DNA of 64,000 nt from Spirochaetales bacterium (GCA_003246335.1 QKAR01000114.1:920-64919), one strand, 5' to 3'. Numbered from the stretch's first letter, positions 43,744 through 53,914 are shown. Notes: generated by a model not told the origin, from the sequence alone. Made by a program: numbers and translations.

Positions 43744-46029
43744 TTATTTACTTAAATTATTGACGAGCGTATCGACGGTCACGATCTCGTAGCCGGCCTC
43801 AACCAAGGCGTTGACGAGTAGGTCGACGCGATCGAAAAGATAATCGCTTCTTCCCGCATCGCGCTTGCCGAGGGTAACCGGGATAATCGACCCGGAACGC
43901 GCCGAGTTCATGATGCCCTCGAGAATCGCCGAAGAGTCCCGATACAGTCCCGGTATCGACCGACCTTGCGCTTCCGTCACCCAATCCATCACCGTCACGT
44001 CGCCGGAAACGTAGCGGTACCCCGCCTTTTTCCCTGCCGCGACGATCAGGGGAGAGGCGACGTAATAGGGCGCGTGCCACAAGAGCGTCAGCTCCTGGCC
44101 CGTGGCATTATAGAAATCATCCTCGTTTCGGGCCAAGCCTCGCGTGATAAAATCCTCGTCGATGCGATACGCCGTCCCCGAAAGATCCCACGTCGTGAAA
44201 AAAAGCGACGCGCACTGATGGCCGGCCTTGACGATTTCGTTGACCGCCGCGGGATGCTGGCGAATAAACTCGCCATTGATGAAAAACGTCGCGCGGATAC
44301 CGTAATTCGCGAGGGTTCGCAGGGTTTCTGGAAGGCCGTCAAGGCCGTCCATCGCGTCAAACGTAAGAGCTACTTGCTTTAAGCCGGTGCGAGAACCATG
44401 CGCGAAAATCCCGTTCGATTCAGACGGTCCGTCGAAAGGAAACGCTTTCGGCAGGGAAACGGCCGGCTCGGCGAAAAACGGCGACGTCCCGCCCGGGGTC
44501 GTCGCCGCGCGGGCGTACAGCATATTCGCGTAATACCCGGCGCCCGTGTCTGTATACAGACGGTACGAGCCGTTCGTCGCGGAAGCGGGCCGTATTTTTC
44601 CCGCGGCGAGCGGGGACCAGCGCATCGAACCATCGTACGAAAATCGCCCCAAACTCGCCGTATCGCCGAGAATCGATTTCTCCCGCTCGTCCCAGGCGAA
44701 CGCCGTCACGGACGAAAGGAAAAGAACCGAGGAAGATCCCGACCGTACGTTCCAGGAGCGAACGGTTTCTTTTCCGCCGACAAACATGGAGGAAGAGTCT
44801 CGCCAGGCTATCGACTCGACGGGCTCGGTTTTCCAGGTAGCGGCTTCCTTCCAGGTCGAGGTAGAGAGCACGGAAATTCCCTGCGTCGTGACGAAGGCGA
44901 TTAAGGAGCCGTCGGGCGCGGGCTTATAGGCCGAAACGCCCGAGGGGACGGATACCTGGGTGAATATTTTCGCCCCGAGTATATCGTCGAGTTTCCACGC
45001 CTTCACCGTCTTCTTCCCGTCCTCTACGGAATCGGCGAGCACGGCGGGTTTTCCCGAGGGGCTCCACGAAAACGAAACCGCGGCGGTGTTCCCGGGCAGA
45101 AGCAAATAAGGCAAAGGATCGGCGCGATTCGCGAAAACGTAATCGTCGCCGACGAGGGGGCAATAGTACACGTTCCGCCCGTCCTTCGCGTACAGGAGGG
45201 CCGAGCCGTCGGGATCAGACTGAAAATCGTCGAAATCGGGGTCAAAATCGCAGGGGATTTTTCCGGCCAATTCGCCGGGGCCCATAAGGGGAGCGTATAG
45301 CGATCGGGCGAAAAGCTCGGACGATTGAACGCGATACACAGAAGCCCCGCTTACGTACAGAAAACGGGTGTCGGAATACCACGAAACCGAATTGACCGAT
45401 CCCGGGCCGAGCACGCGGTATTTTTCGTCCACCGTCGAGACGGAGAAAAACGACTCGGGTCGCGCGAAGTAGAGCGTACCGTCCAGCGCGTACAGCATGA
45501 CCGAGGAGTCTGGCGCCCAAGAGACGGGAATGGGACCGCGCGGCACCGATTCCGAAAGCACGCGGCGAAATCGCTTATCCGTGTCGTACATGACGAGGCG
45601 ACCGCGCGCTGACGACACGGGGTCGATGGAGACGATCCACCGGCCGTTCGGGCTCGCGGAAAAGTCGGGCAACAGCCCGCGCGCGACGATGCCGCCCGCC
45701 TGAAACGGTTTCGGGTCTTCCAGCCACGAAAAGGCGCTCGTGCGCGTGTCATAGCGGCCGGCGCCAAAGCGATTGCGTATTTGCAGGACGAATCCGTCAG
45801 AAAGGGACTCGAGGCTCTCGGGGTAGCAGGTTAGCTGCTCCAGGGCTCCGGTATCGAGGTTTTTCCTAAAAAGCGTTTTATATTCACCGTCGCCGGGAAC
45901 GGTCGTTACCGCGCCGAACAGCACCTCGTTCGTGGCGTTCACGTCGGGACCGAAAAAAGAAAGCTGCGCAAAAAGGGGCACGGCGGAGGCGGCCGCCAGA
46001 AAAATCATCGATAGGGAAAATTTCCTCAT
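43744..46029 (-). CDS. Exported protein: WD40/beta-propeller-like region plus C-terminal polysaccharide-deacetylase-like domain
   Basis: Signal peptide; repeated SPNG/WAPD/DPDG/WSPSG/APDG blade motifs; VALTFD...ATFFING (NodB fold). Confidence 0.8.
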   Translation of the reverse strand: MRKFSLSMIFLAAASAVPLFAQLSFFGPDVNATNEVLFGAVTTVPGDGEYKTLFRKNLDTGALEQLTCYPESLESLSDGFVLQIRNRFGAGRYDTRTSAFSWLEDPKPFQAGGIVARGLLPDFSASPNGRWIVSIDPVSSARGRLVMYDTDKRFRRVLSESVPRGPIPVSWAPDSSVMLYALDGTLYFARPESFFSVSTVDEKYRVLGPGSVNSVSWYSDTRFLYVSGASVYRVQSSELFARSLYAPLMGPGELAGKIPCDFDPDFDDFQSDPDGSALLYAKDGRNVYYCPLVGDDYVFANRADPLPYLLLPGNTAAVSFSWSPSGKPAVLADSVEDGKKTVKAWKLDDILGAKIFTQVSVPSGVSAYKPAPDGSLIAFVTTQGISVLSTSTWKEAATWKTEPVESIAWRDSSSMFVGGKETVRSWNVRSGSSSVLFLSSVTAFAWDEREKSILGDTASLGRFSYDGSMRWSPLAAGKIRPASATNGSYRLYTDTGAGYYANMLYARAATTPGGTSPFFAEPAVSLPKAFPFDGPSESNGIFAHGSRTGLKQVALTFDAMDGLDGLPETLRTLANYGIRATFFINGEFIRQHPAAVNEIVKAGHQCASLFFTTWDLSGTAYRIDEDFITRGLARNEDDFYNATGQELTLLWHAPYYVASPLIVAAGKKAGYRYVSGDVTVMDWVTEAQGRSIPGLYRDSSAILEGIMNSARSGSIIPVTLGKRDAGRSDYLFDRVDLLVNALVEAGYEIVTVDTLVNNLSK

Positions 46030-46040
46030 TGCTCCCCCCG

Positions 46041-46280
46041 TCAACGGCCGCTCGAGATCAGAGAAGACAACGCTTTCTCCAACTCGCCGAGTTCGTCGCT
46101 CATGCGCTCGATGCGGCTTTCTGTCGCGACGTGTTGCAGGGCGCCCGCCTTATCGAAGGCCGCGTCGAACGCGTCGTCGAGGTATTCGCCGGATTCCGCC
46201 ACCGAGCCGCACCATGGGCAAAAGACGAAATCGCTGTTTATCGTCCGTCCGCAACCGCGGCAAATCGAAACCTTTTCCAT
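46041..46280 (-). CDS. Small zinc-ribbon protein with C-terminal coiled coil
   Basis: CRGC...CPWCG, GAGGGG RBS before ATG 46280. Confidence 0.7.
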   Translation of the reverse strand: MEKVSICRGCGRTINSDFVFCPWCGSVAESGEYLDDAFDAAFDKAGALQHVATESRIERMSDELGELEKALSSLISSGR

Positions 46281-46316
46281 CGCGTTCCCCTCACTCATAA
46301 AAAAGTATAACACACC

Positions 46317-47393
46317 CTATTTCAGAAGCGACAGCGGATCCACCATCTTTCCGTTTTTATACATGGAAAGGTGAACATGCGGCCCCGTCGAGTAACCGGT
46401 ACTGCCGACTTTCCCGATTATCGCGCCCTGGGAGACGTACTGGCCGCGTTTCACGCCAACGACGCTCATGTGGCCGTAGAGGGACTGATAGCCGTTGTCG
46501 TGGGTGATGATGACGTAATTCCCGAAAACCGTCGAAAAACCCGTAGTCGCGACCTTTCCGTCAAGGACAGCCTTAATCGAGGTCCCCGTGGGCGCGGCAA
46601 GATCGATGCCGGTATGAAACGTTCGGGCGCCGGTGAAGGGATCGCTTCGATAACCGAACCGGGAGGTGAGCCGTCCCTTGATCGGATAGATGAAAAGCTC
46701 GCCCATCGCGCGGCGCAGCTCATACGACGAGAGCGTCGCGCCGGGAACGAACAGGCGCTGGCCAACCGCGAGCGTTTCGGACGCGAGATCGTTCGCGTCG
46801 AGAATCGCCGTCATGGAAACGCCGTAGCGATTCGCGATCTTGCCGAGGGAATCCCCGCGAGCGACGGTATACGCGACGCCGTCCATCGACGGCACGCGCA
46901 GCGTTTGCCCAGTCTTAATGCGGCGGACGTTCTCGATCGAGTTTGAGGAAAGGATAGTGCTGACGTTCCGAAGCCCAAACCGGGCGACGATGGCGCCGAC
47001 GCTGTCTCCCGCGCGGACTTTATATTCGCTCCACGTAACCGCCTGAATGGACGCGGGAACTTCGGCGGCGGAGGCCTCTGCCAAAAGCGAGGCGTCGGGC
47101 TCGGGAATCGAAAGTTGTCGCATCGCGAACTCGGCGCGATCGTCTCCGGGCAAGCCGAGCCGGCCTAGGCGATAAAAGCCGAGCCTATCCTGGGCGAGCG
47201 GGCTTAAAGCCACGCACGCGGTCGCGAAGATCACGAAAATGAAGGGAAAGGAGGCTTGAGCGAGCGGTTCGCGAGGCGCCGCGACCGCGGCAACGCGCGG
47301 TTGCCGGTCGTTTTTTTCCCTAAGAAACGATACGCTCCGTCGCGGCGCGCGTATCGCGCGACCCTCGTCCTGAAAAAAGGTTATGACGTCCAT
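46317..47393 (-). CDS. LysM x2 plus M23 metallopeptidase (peptidoglycan endopeptidase)
   Basis: YKVRAGDS and YTVARGDSL LysM repeats, HTGID (HxxxD), YGHM, GPHVH (HxH). Confidence 0.93.
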   Translation of the reverse strand: MDVITFFQDEGRAIRAPRRSVSFLREKNDRQPRVAAVAAPREPLAQASFPFIFVIFATACVALSPLAQDRLGFYRLGRLGLPGDDRAEFAMRQLSIPEPDASLLAEASAAEVPASIQAVTWSEYKVRAGDSVGAIVARFGLRNVSTILSSNSIENVRRIKTGQTLRVPSMDGVAYTVARGDSLGKIANRYGVSMTAILDANDLASETLAVGQRLFVPGATLSSYELRRAMGELFIYPIKGRLTSRFGYRSDPFTGARTFHTGIDLAAPTGTSIKAVLDGKVATTGFSTVFGNYVIITHDNGYQSLYGHMSVVGVKRGQYVSQGAIIGKVGSTGYSTGPHVHLSMYKNGKMVDPLSLLK

Positions 47394-47438
47394 AGGGTAC
47401 GTATCGACAGAAACGCGCCGTATAATTAGAATGACACC

Positions 47439-47939
47439 ATGAAAAAAACGGCCCGACCAACAATCCTTTTCATCTCGGTTATCCTTTTCGCGCTCGCTAT
47501 AAAACTCCTCGCCTTCGACGTTCTGTGGGTTTCCGGGCCGTCCATGCTCCCGACGCTTCGCGCGGGCATGCCCGTCTGCGAGTTCAAGCTCGCGTGGGGC
47601 GTTCCGATCCCATTCAGCAACCGCTACGCGCTCCGCTGGGGTAGCCCAAAGCCCGGGGAGATCGTAATTTATCCCGTCGCGGGCCGATACGTCGTCAAGC
47701 GCTGCGTCGCCCCAGCCGGCACGCCGCTTTTTTTTTCCGCCGAAAGGGGCTATAGTGTCTCAGTGGGCGGGCGAACCATCCCGCTTGACGAAGAACAGTA
47801 CCGCAATCTGAAGGACGCGCTCGTCGTTCCCACGGGAATGATTTTCGCGATTGGGGACAACATGGCAGAATCCCGGGACTCTAGGGACTACGGCTTCGTG
47901 TCGATCGACAGCATTCGGGGAAAAGCCCTGTGCAGGTAA
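47439..47939 (+). CDS. lepB: Signal peptidase I
   Basis: VSGPSMLPTL (Ser), YVVKRC (Lys), GDNMAESRDSRDYG. Confidence 0.9.
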   Translation: MKKTARPTILFISVILFALAIKLLAFDVLWVSGPSMLPTLRAGMPVCEFKLAWGVPIPFSNRYALRWGSPKPGEIVIYPVAGRYVVKRCVAPAGTPLFFSAERGYSVSVGGRTIPLDEEQYRNLKDALVVPTGMIFAIGDNMAESRDSRDYGFVSIDSIRGKALCR

Positions 47940-49795
47940 ACGGTTTCGTTTCCCGGACAAGGCTCGTCATTCTCGCCGTCATACTCTCGCTCATCGCAGC
48001 CGCCATGATTTTTTCTTTCGGCAAAACGATGCTCGGGCCGAAAGCCGACGACAGCCAACCGCGCATAACGGTCGAGCGCGGTTCCATCCTCGACCGAAAC
48101 GGGAAAATTCTCGCCGTACAAACGACGCTCTACAACATTGCCATAACGCGGTCGGCGATCGCCGACAAGGGCGCATTCGCCCGAGCGCTCTCGCGACCGA
48201 CCGCGATTCCCGAAACCGACATCCTCGCGCGGCTGAGCGAAGGCGCGAACGATTTCTTCTACCTGAAAAAAAAGATCAGCGAGGGCGAACGCGCGGCGAT
48301 CATGGAAGCGGTCAAACGGGAAAAGCTCCGAGGCATCCGGCTCGAGCCGGTCATGAGCCGGACGTATCCCGAGAACGACCTCGCGTCCCACGTCGTCGGC
48401 TTTCTCGGCGACGACGGGATCGGCCTCACCGGCGTGGAATACTCGTTTCAGGACATACTATCCCCGCCGGTCAACGGCGACGGGAATTCCGCTATCGGTT
48501 ACAATGTGATGCTCACGATCGACGGGACGATTCAGTACGAACTAGAGAAAATCGCGCAACAAACGAAAGACGAAACGAAGGCGCAGGCGGTCATGATGAT
48601 CGCGGCAGACGCGCGATCGGGGGAAATTCTCGCTTACGTCAGCGAGCCGTCGGCGAACCTGAACCAATACGGGCAAAGCGACCAGGCGGCGCGGCAGGAT
48701 ATGCCCGCGCTCTACGCCTACGAGCCCGGTTCCGTGTTCAAGATTTTTTCCATCTCGTCGATGCTCGATCTCGGAGCCGTAAAGGACGGCGATAGTTTTT
48801 TCTGCGACGGGGAATACACCTTCACGACGGCGAGGGGCGAACGCATCAGCATAAAATGCCTCGACCACCACGGTTGGGTCTCCCCGAGGGAAATCATCAA
48901 GTATTCCTGCAACGACGGGACGGCGCAAATCGCCGAGCGCGCGGGAGCGGCGGAGCTTGAGGCAAAACTCCGGCAGCTGGGCTTCGGCGCGAAATCGGGC
49001 ATTGAGCTTCCCGGCGAGACCGCGGGGATTTTCCGGCCTAACGCCGAATGGTCGCTCCGATCCAAGCCGACGATCGCGATGGGACAGGAAATTTCCGTTT
49101 CCGCCCTGCAGATGGTTCAGGCGGCGACCGCGATCGCGAACGGGGGAACGCTGCTCAAGCTGACGCTTCTCTCGAAAATATACACGCAGGACGGAGTGCC
49201 GGTGTACGCACACGAGCCCAAATCGCTCGGTTCCGTATTCAAGCCGGAGACCGTCAAGCTCATGCTCAGCTACATGCAAACGACGAGCGAGTCAGGGACG
49301 GGAACTCGCGCCGCCGTCGGCGACGTACCGATGGCGGTCAAGACGGGAACCGCGCAAATGCTTAATCCCCAAAAGGGCGGCTACAGCGACACCGATTTCA
49401 TCTCAAGCTGCATGGGCATTTTCCCGGCGGACGATCCTCAAGTCATACTCTATATCGCCATCGTCAAGCCCGAGGGCGAAACGTACGGAGGCCGCATCGC
49501 GGCGCCGGTAATCTCGAAAGCAGCGAACGCCATCATCGACTATCTCGGGATGGGCAGGGCGAACGCGACGTCGGTCACGCACTCCGGCATCATCCCGGTC
49601 CCCAAAAATCGACCCGTCACCCTCGAATCGACGATGCCCGACCTTACGGGCGTTTCCAAGCGAATGCTCACGAACCTCCTGTCCCGAACCGACGTCATCG
49701 TTACGATCGAGGGAGACGGCTACGTCGTCGAGCAGTCCCCGGAGCCGGGTACGCCGATCGAGAAAGGAATGAAAATTGAGCTTAGGCTCGAGTAG
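47930..49795 (+). CDS. Class B penicillin-binding protein (FtsI-like) with PASTA domain
   Basis: RGSILDRNG, YEPGSVFK (SxxK), SCN (SxN), KTGTAQ, C-terminal MPDLTG..QSPEPG. Confidence 0.92.
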   Translation: MQVNGFVSRTRLVILAVILSLIAAAMIFSFGKTMLGPKADDSQPRITVERGSILDRNGKILAVQTTLYNIAITRSAIADKGAFARALSRPTAIPETDILARLSEGANDFFYLKKKISEGERAAIMEAVKREKLRGIRLEPVMSRTYPENDLASHVVGFLGDDGIGLTGVEYSFQDILSPPVNGDGNSAIGYNVMLTIDGTIQYELEKIAQQTKDETKAQAVMMIAADARSGEILAYVSEPSANLNQYGQSDQAARQDMPALYAYEPGSVFKIFSISSMLDLGAVKDGDSFFCDGEYTFTTARGERISIKCLDHHGWVSPREIIKYSCNDGTAQIAERAGAAELEAKLRQLGFGAKSGIELPGETAGIFRPNAEWSLRSKPTIAMGQEISVSALQMVQAATAIANGGTLLKLTLLSKIYTQDGVPVYAHEPKSLGSVFKPETVKLMLSYMQTTSESGTGTRAAVGDVPMAVKTGTAQMLNPQKGGYSDTDFISSCMGIFPADDPQVILYIAIVKPEGETYGGRIAAPVISKAANAIIDYLGMGRANATSVTHSGIIPVPKNRPVTLESTMPDLTGVSKRMLTNLLSRTDVIVTIEGDGYVVEQSPEPGTPIEKGMKIELRLE

Positions 49796-51680
49796 CGGGC
49801 CCGACGCGGCGGACCGGTGGGCGACGCCGGAGAATGAACGAACGTTCTTGGGAAATAGGCGCGCGTTCGCGGCGCGGTTTCCCGAGCTCGCGCGCTTACT
49901 GAAACTCGATACCGACGAAGGCGCCTTGGCTCTCGCGGCCATGATTCCGCGCGACTATCGCCTGGAACCGACGCGGTCGGGCATCCCGACGGTTTCGGTA
50001 CGCGGAACGTATATTCAATCGCGGTATGACCCGGCGAAGGACGCTGAGCGCGCCGCGGCGACCCTTGCGGCGGGAGGTTTTATTTTCGCCGGGATCGGCC
50101 TCGCCCTCGTTCCCGAACGTTACGCCGCGCGCAATCCGGAGGCAAACGTCGTCGTCGTCGAACCCGACGTTTTTCTTTTCGCGCTTTGCCTTTTCAGCAG
50201 GCCGCTCGACGCGTTTTTTTCCCATCCGGCGCTCGCGCTCCTCGTCGGCGTCCCCGCGGGCGAGGCTTCAGCCTTCCTTGAAAAGGCGGATCTCGCCGAT
50301 CTTCCCGCTTACGAAAATCCCGCCATCGTCGCGGCAAACGCGCCGTGGTACGGGGAATTTTCCCTGCTCCGAAAGCGCAATCGGCAAAAAAGGGAAATTA
50401 ACGCGAATACCCTGCGAAGGTTTGGCGGCTTATGGCTCTCGAACATCGGCCGCAACCTGCGCGAATTGCGCGATCGGCCCGGCATAGCCGCCTTCGACTG
50501 CGCGTTCCCGGACGTCCCCGTTGTCGTGCTCGCCGCGGGCCCAAGCCTCGACCGAGTGCTCCCCCATCTCCCGGAGCTCAAGAAAAGATGCGTCATCATC
50601 GCCGTCGACACCGCCGTTCGCGCCTGCGTTCGCTGGGGCGTTGAGCCTGACTTTGCCGTATTGGTCGACCCGCAGTACTGGAATTGGCGGCATCTCGACA
50701 ACGTTGACGCCCCTTCGAGCGTTCTCGTCACGGAATCGGCCGCGTGGCCCCCCGTGTTCCGGTTTCGCTGCAGGGAAATATTCCTTTGCTCGTCCCTCTT
50801 TCCCCTGGGCAAATTCCTCGAGGAGCGCACGGGAAAAAAAGGGGAGCTCGGCGCGGGCGGGTCGGTCGCGACGACGGCCTGGGATTTCGCCCGAAGGCTC
50901 GGCGCCTCGGAAATATTCATGGCCGCCCTCGACCTCGGATTTCCCGGACTCAAGACTCATTTTACCGGCAGCATTTTCGAGGACCGCACGCACGCCGCGG
51001 CGACGCGACTCTCTCCCGCGGAAACGGCGGGGTACCTCGCGCTCTATGGCGCGGGCCCCTACCCGGTCCCCGACTATCGGGGGGGGAACGTGCTTACCGA
51101 CAAGCGGCTCGTTCTATACGCCTGGTGGTTCGAGAGCAAAGTCGCCGCCCACCCGACCGTCAAGACGTCGACGATAACCGACGAAGGAGTCAAGATCCCC
51201 GGTTTCTCCGTAACCGAGATCGAGGAACTGGAACGGCGCCCGATTCGGCGGTCGGAAATAAACGAAAAGATCGCCGCGATCCTTCGCTCAACGATCCTCG
51301 CGCCCGAGGAGAAATCGGCGAGAAATCGGCGATTCGGCGACGCCGCGAAAACACTCGCGCGAGAACTCGAAAATCTCTCATCGATCGCGGGAAAGGGAAA
51401 AACGCTCGCGCGCGCGGCGAAAGCCGAAACGGCTTCGGCGACGCGGAGAAATCGCCTCGTCGCCGACCTCTCCGAGATCGACAAAAAAATCATCGCTCAT
51501 CCGGCGAAAGACGTCGTCGCCATGGCGTTGAGGGACGATGGACCATCGGGGACGAACCCGTTGGACGCCTCTGAGGCGCTGTACGGCCGCATCGAGCGGG
51601 CGGCCGAAGAAAACCTCGTCGTATTGCAACATTTCATTAAAGAAACGGCGAACGAAACCGATACATATAATGTTGATTGA
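49776..51680 (+). CDS. Motility-associated factor (Maf / MAF_flag10, DUF115) family protein; start uncertain
   Basis: IQSRYDP..DAER, VVEPD, AAGPSLD, AVDTA, PDFAVLVDP, GGSVATTAW, IFMAALDLGF. Confidence 0.85.
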   Translation: MSLGSSSGPDAADRWATPENERTFLGNRRAFAARFPELARLLKLDTDEGALALAAMIPRDYRLEPTRSGIPTVSVRGTYIQSRYDPAKDAERAAATLAAGGFIFAGIGLALVPERYAARNPEANVVVVEPDVFLFALCLFSRPLDAFFSHPALALLVGVPAGEASAFLEKADLADLPAYENPAIVAANAPWYGEFSLLRKRNRQKREINANTLRRFGGLWLSNIGRNLRELRDRPGIAAFDCAFPDVPVVVLAAGPSLDRVLPHLPELKKRCVIIAVDTAVRACVRWGVEPDFAVLVDPQYWNWRHLDNVDAPSSVLVTESAAWPPVFRFRCREIFLCSSLFPLGKFLEERTGKKGELGAGGSVATTAWDFARRLGASEIFMAALDLGFPGLKTHFTGSIFEDRTHAAATRLSPAETAGYLALYGAGPYPVPDYRGGNVLTDKRLVLYAWWFESKVAAHPTVKTSTITDEGVKIPGFSVTEIEELERRPIRRSEINEKIAAILRSTILAPEEKSARNRRFGDAAKTLARELENLSSIAGKGKTLARAAKAETASATRRNRLVADLSEIDKKIIAHPAKDVVAMALRDDGPSGTNPLDASEALYGRIERAAEENLVVLQHFIKETANETDTYNVD

Positions 51681-51798
51681 ACCTGAGCGAACGGCGAACG
51701 AGAGTGACGTCCAGTCGCCGTTTATGGACAATCCGCCGGACCGTGTCGATAGAGACGCGGTCTTTTTTTTTACCCGAGAGACACGGCGGTTCGCGCGG

Positions 51799-52629
51799 TT
51801 AGCGGATCGCTCCCGGCGCGGCGAAGGCCCACGTCGAAAGGTTCTCGGTAAGCTTTGAGAGGATAACCACGTGCATCTCGGTTTTTTCGTCCTCGAGGTA
51901 GCGGTCCCACGCGGCGCGGGAATAGCGCGCCGAGACCCGCGCCTTCGCGGAAGCCCCGGCTTGGGAGAGTTCCGCCGCGCGGTCAGGTAAGGCGCGCGGC
52001 AGGAGTTCGCCGCACAAATAGCCGGCAAGCGCGGTTACCATCGGGTCCCGCGCGTTGGCCGCGAGGGAAATCGTCCGTTCCGCAGCCTCCGGAAACTTTT
52101 TTTCTAAGTGCCGCGCGAATCCCGCGTAAAACGAAAGCCAATCCCCATTCGCGCCCGTATCGTGCTCGTGCTCCGAGGCAAAACGAAAAGTTTCCGCGTG
52201 GTTACCTTCCAACAAATACGCCGACGCGAATCTCGTGCCGAGAGTGCCCAGCAACCTCGGTTTTTTTTCCGCGAGCAGGCGCTCGAGTTTGTGTATGGCC
52301 GCGAAATCCCCGAGCAGAATGAGAGAGTCCGCCAGTAAGCGAACTTTTCGCGACGAAAGCCGCGCGCGGTCGAAAACCTCGATCTCAAGGAAACGCGCGA
52401 GGGCGGGCCAATCCTCTTTCTCCAAAAATGTCAGAATTTTCCAATTTAAAATGAAGGCGGCATTGACGATTCCCAAAATTAGCAGGAAAATTAAACAGAA
52501 GTACCAATTCTTCGCCCAAAATTCGCGCATGTAGCTTCCATCCAGAATGAAAAATGGAAGAAAGAAAACAGTAAGAAACGAAAAAAACAAGACGATATTA
52601 AAGACGACGAAGAGTACTTTGAATTTCAT
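51799..52629 (-). CDS. Hypothetical membrane protein (2 N-terminal TMs plus helical-repeat domain)
   Basis: Very hydrophobic first ~65 aa, LEKEDWPAL, AGGAG RBS. Confidence 0.75.
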   Translation of the reverse strand: MKFKVLFVVFNIVLFFSFLTVFFLPFFILDGSYMREFWAKNWYFCLIFLLILGIVNAAFILNWKILTFLEKEDWPALARFLEIEVFDRARLSSRKVRLLADSLILLGDFAAIHKLERLLAEKKPRLLGTLGTRFASAYLLEGNHAETFRFASEHEHDTGANGDWLSFYAGFARHLEKKFPEAAERTISLAANARDPMVTALAGYLCGELLPRALPDRAAELSQAGASAKARVSARYSRAAWDRYLEDEKTEMHVVILSKLTENLSTWAFAAPGAIR

Positions 52630-52677
52630 GCCTTTGCTCCTACAGCTCAGTGCATTGTACTATAGGGGAACCGATAA

Positions 52678-53883
52678 GTGAATACGTTTAACGTCGCGGA
52701 GCTTCCTGAAGGGTATTATTTCACCGAGGACGCGTATCTCGACAAAAAATTCCTCATTCTCCCGCCGAATGTGCCTATCGCCGATTCGACGAAAAAGGCG
52801 TTGCGGGACTGGGATTTCTTTAAGATTTATTCCGAAGGCCATCCGTCGGAACAGCCTATCACGAACGACGCGCCTAAACCTTCCATGACCGACGCCACGG
52901 CGGAATTCGAGGCTCAAACGGAGATTGAGGAAAATCCCCTCGCGAATGCGGAACCCCAAACGGAAGAAGGGAGAATCGCGCAGGTTGAGCGGATTTTTCT
53001 CGACTATCAGGGTTACATTTCGGAAATTTTTACCCGATACGCCACGAAAAAAGAACTTCCCCTTCAGGCGATTTCCGACAAAGTCAAGGATCTGTGCGAA
53101 TTCGTCAAGGAATATAAACGATACATTCTCCGCATACAGCCCTCGCAGGAAAACAGGAATAAAAACTACCTCGTGGTGCACTCGATGCGCTCGACGGTAT
53201 TCGCCATCGTCATCGCGATTCAGTTGAAATTCCCCATCCATAAGCAAATCGAGCTCGGAGTCGCCTGCATTCTGCATGAAATCGGCATGATCCGCCTGCC
53301 GCCCCAGCTCTATATGGGAAACCGTACGCTGACGCCGATCGAGAAAAACGCGATTTTTACCCATCCGGTCATTTCGTACAATATTTTGCGCGAGTTCTCG
53401 TTTCCGCTCAATATTTGCCTCGGCGTGCTCGAGCATCACGAACGCGAAAACGGCGAAGGCTATCCCCGCAAGCTGACGAAAGAAAAAATCTCGATTTACG
53501 GCAAGATTATCGCCGTCGCCTGCTCTTACGAGGCGATTACCTCTCCCCGACCCTATAAAGAGGCGCGGGACGCGTACACCGGCATCATCGACATCATGAA
53601 GAACCAGGGGAAACAGTACGATGAAACGATTATCCGCGCCCTGCTGTTTTCCGTTTCGCTCTACCCGATCGGGCTTTTCGTTCTATTGTCAAACGATAAA
53701 GTCGGTCAAGTCATCGACGTGAACCCGGAAAACCCCAAATACCCCATCGTCGAGGTTAGCGGAGAACTTCGACCCGACGGCAAGCCGCGCGTTATCGAGA
53801 CGAACGAATACGGAGTCCGCATCGTTCGCCCGTTGACGAAAGAGGAAGGCGCCGCCTACATCAAACCCCCAGACGAGGCTTAG
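52678..53883 (+). CDS. HD-GYP domain protein with HE in place of HD
   Basis: HSMRST, LHEIG, HHERENGEGYP, IAVACSYEA, RPYKE. Confidence 0.88.
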   Translation: MNTFNVAELPEGYYFTEDAYLDKKFLILPPNVPIADSTKKALRDWDFFKIYSEGHPSEQPITNDAPKPSMTDATAEFEAQTEIEENPLANAEPQTEEGRIAQVERIFLDYQGYISEIFTRYATKKELPLQAISDKVKDLCEFVKEYKRYILRIQPSQENRNKNYLVVHSMRSTVFAIVIAIQLKFPIHKQIELGVACILHEIGMIRLPPQLYMGNRTLTPIEKNAIFTHPVISYNILREFSFPLNICLGVLEHHERENGEGYPRKLTKEKISIYGKIIAVACSYEAITSPRPYKEARDAYTGIIDIMKNQGKQYDETIIRALLFSVSLYPIGLFVLLSNDKVGQVIDVNPENPKYPIVEVSGELRPDGKPRVIETNEYGVRIVRPLTKEEGAAYIKPPDEA

Positions 53884-53914
53884 CCCGCGACGCGCGGGTA
53901 TTCTTGAAAAAAAA

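Noticed and set aside
52670-52677. ACCGATAA resembling a sigma28 -10 before the HD-GYP gene
   Set aside because: It abuts the GTG, has no properly spaced TAAA, and a TACTAT plus AGGGG RBS explains the region.
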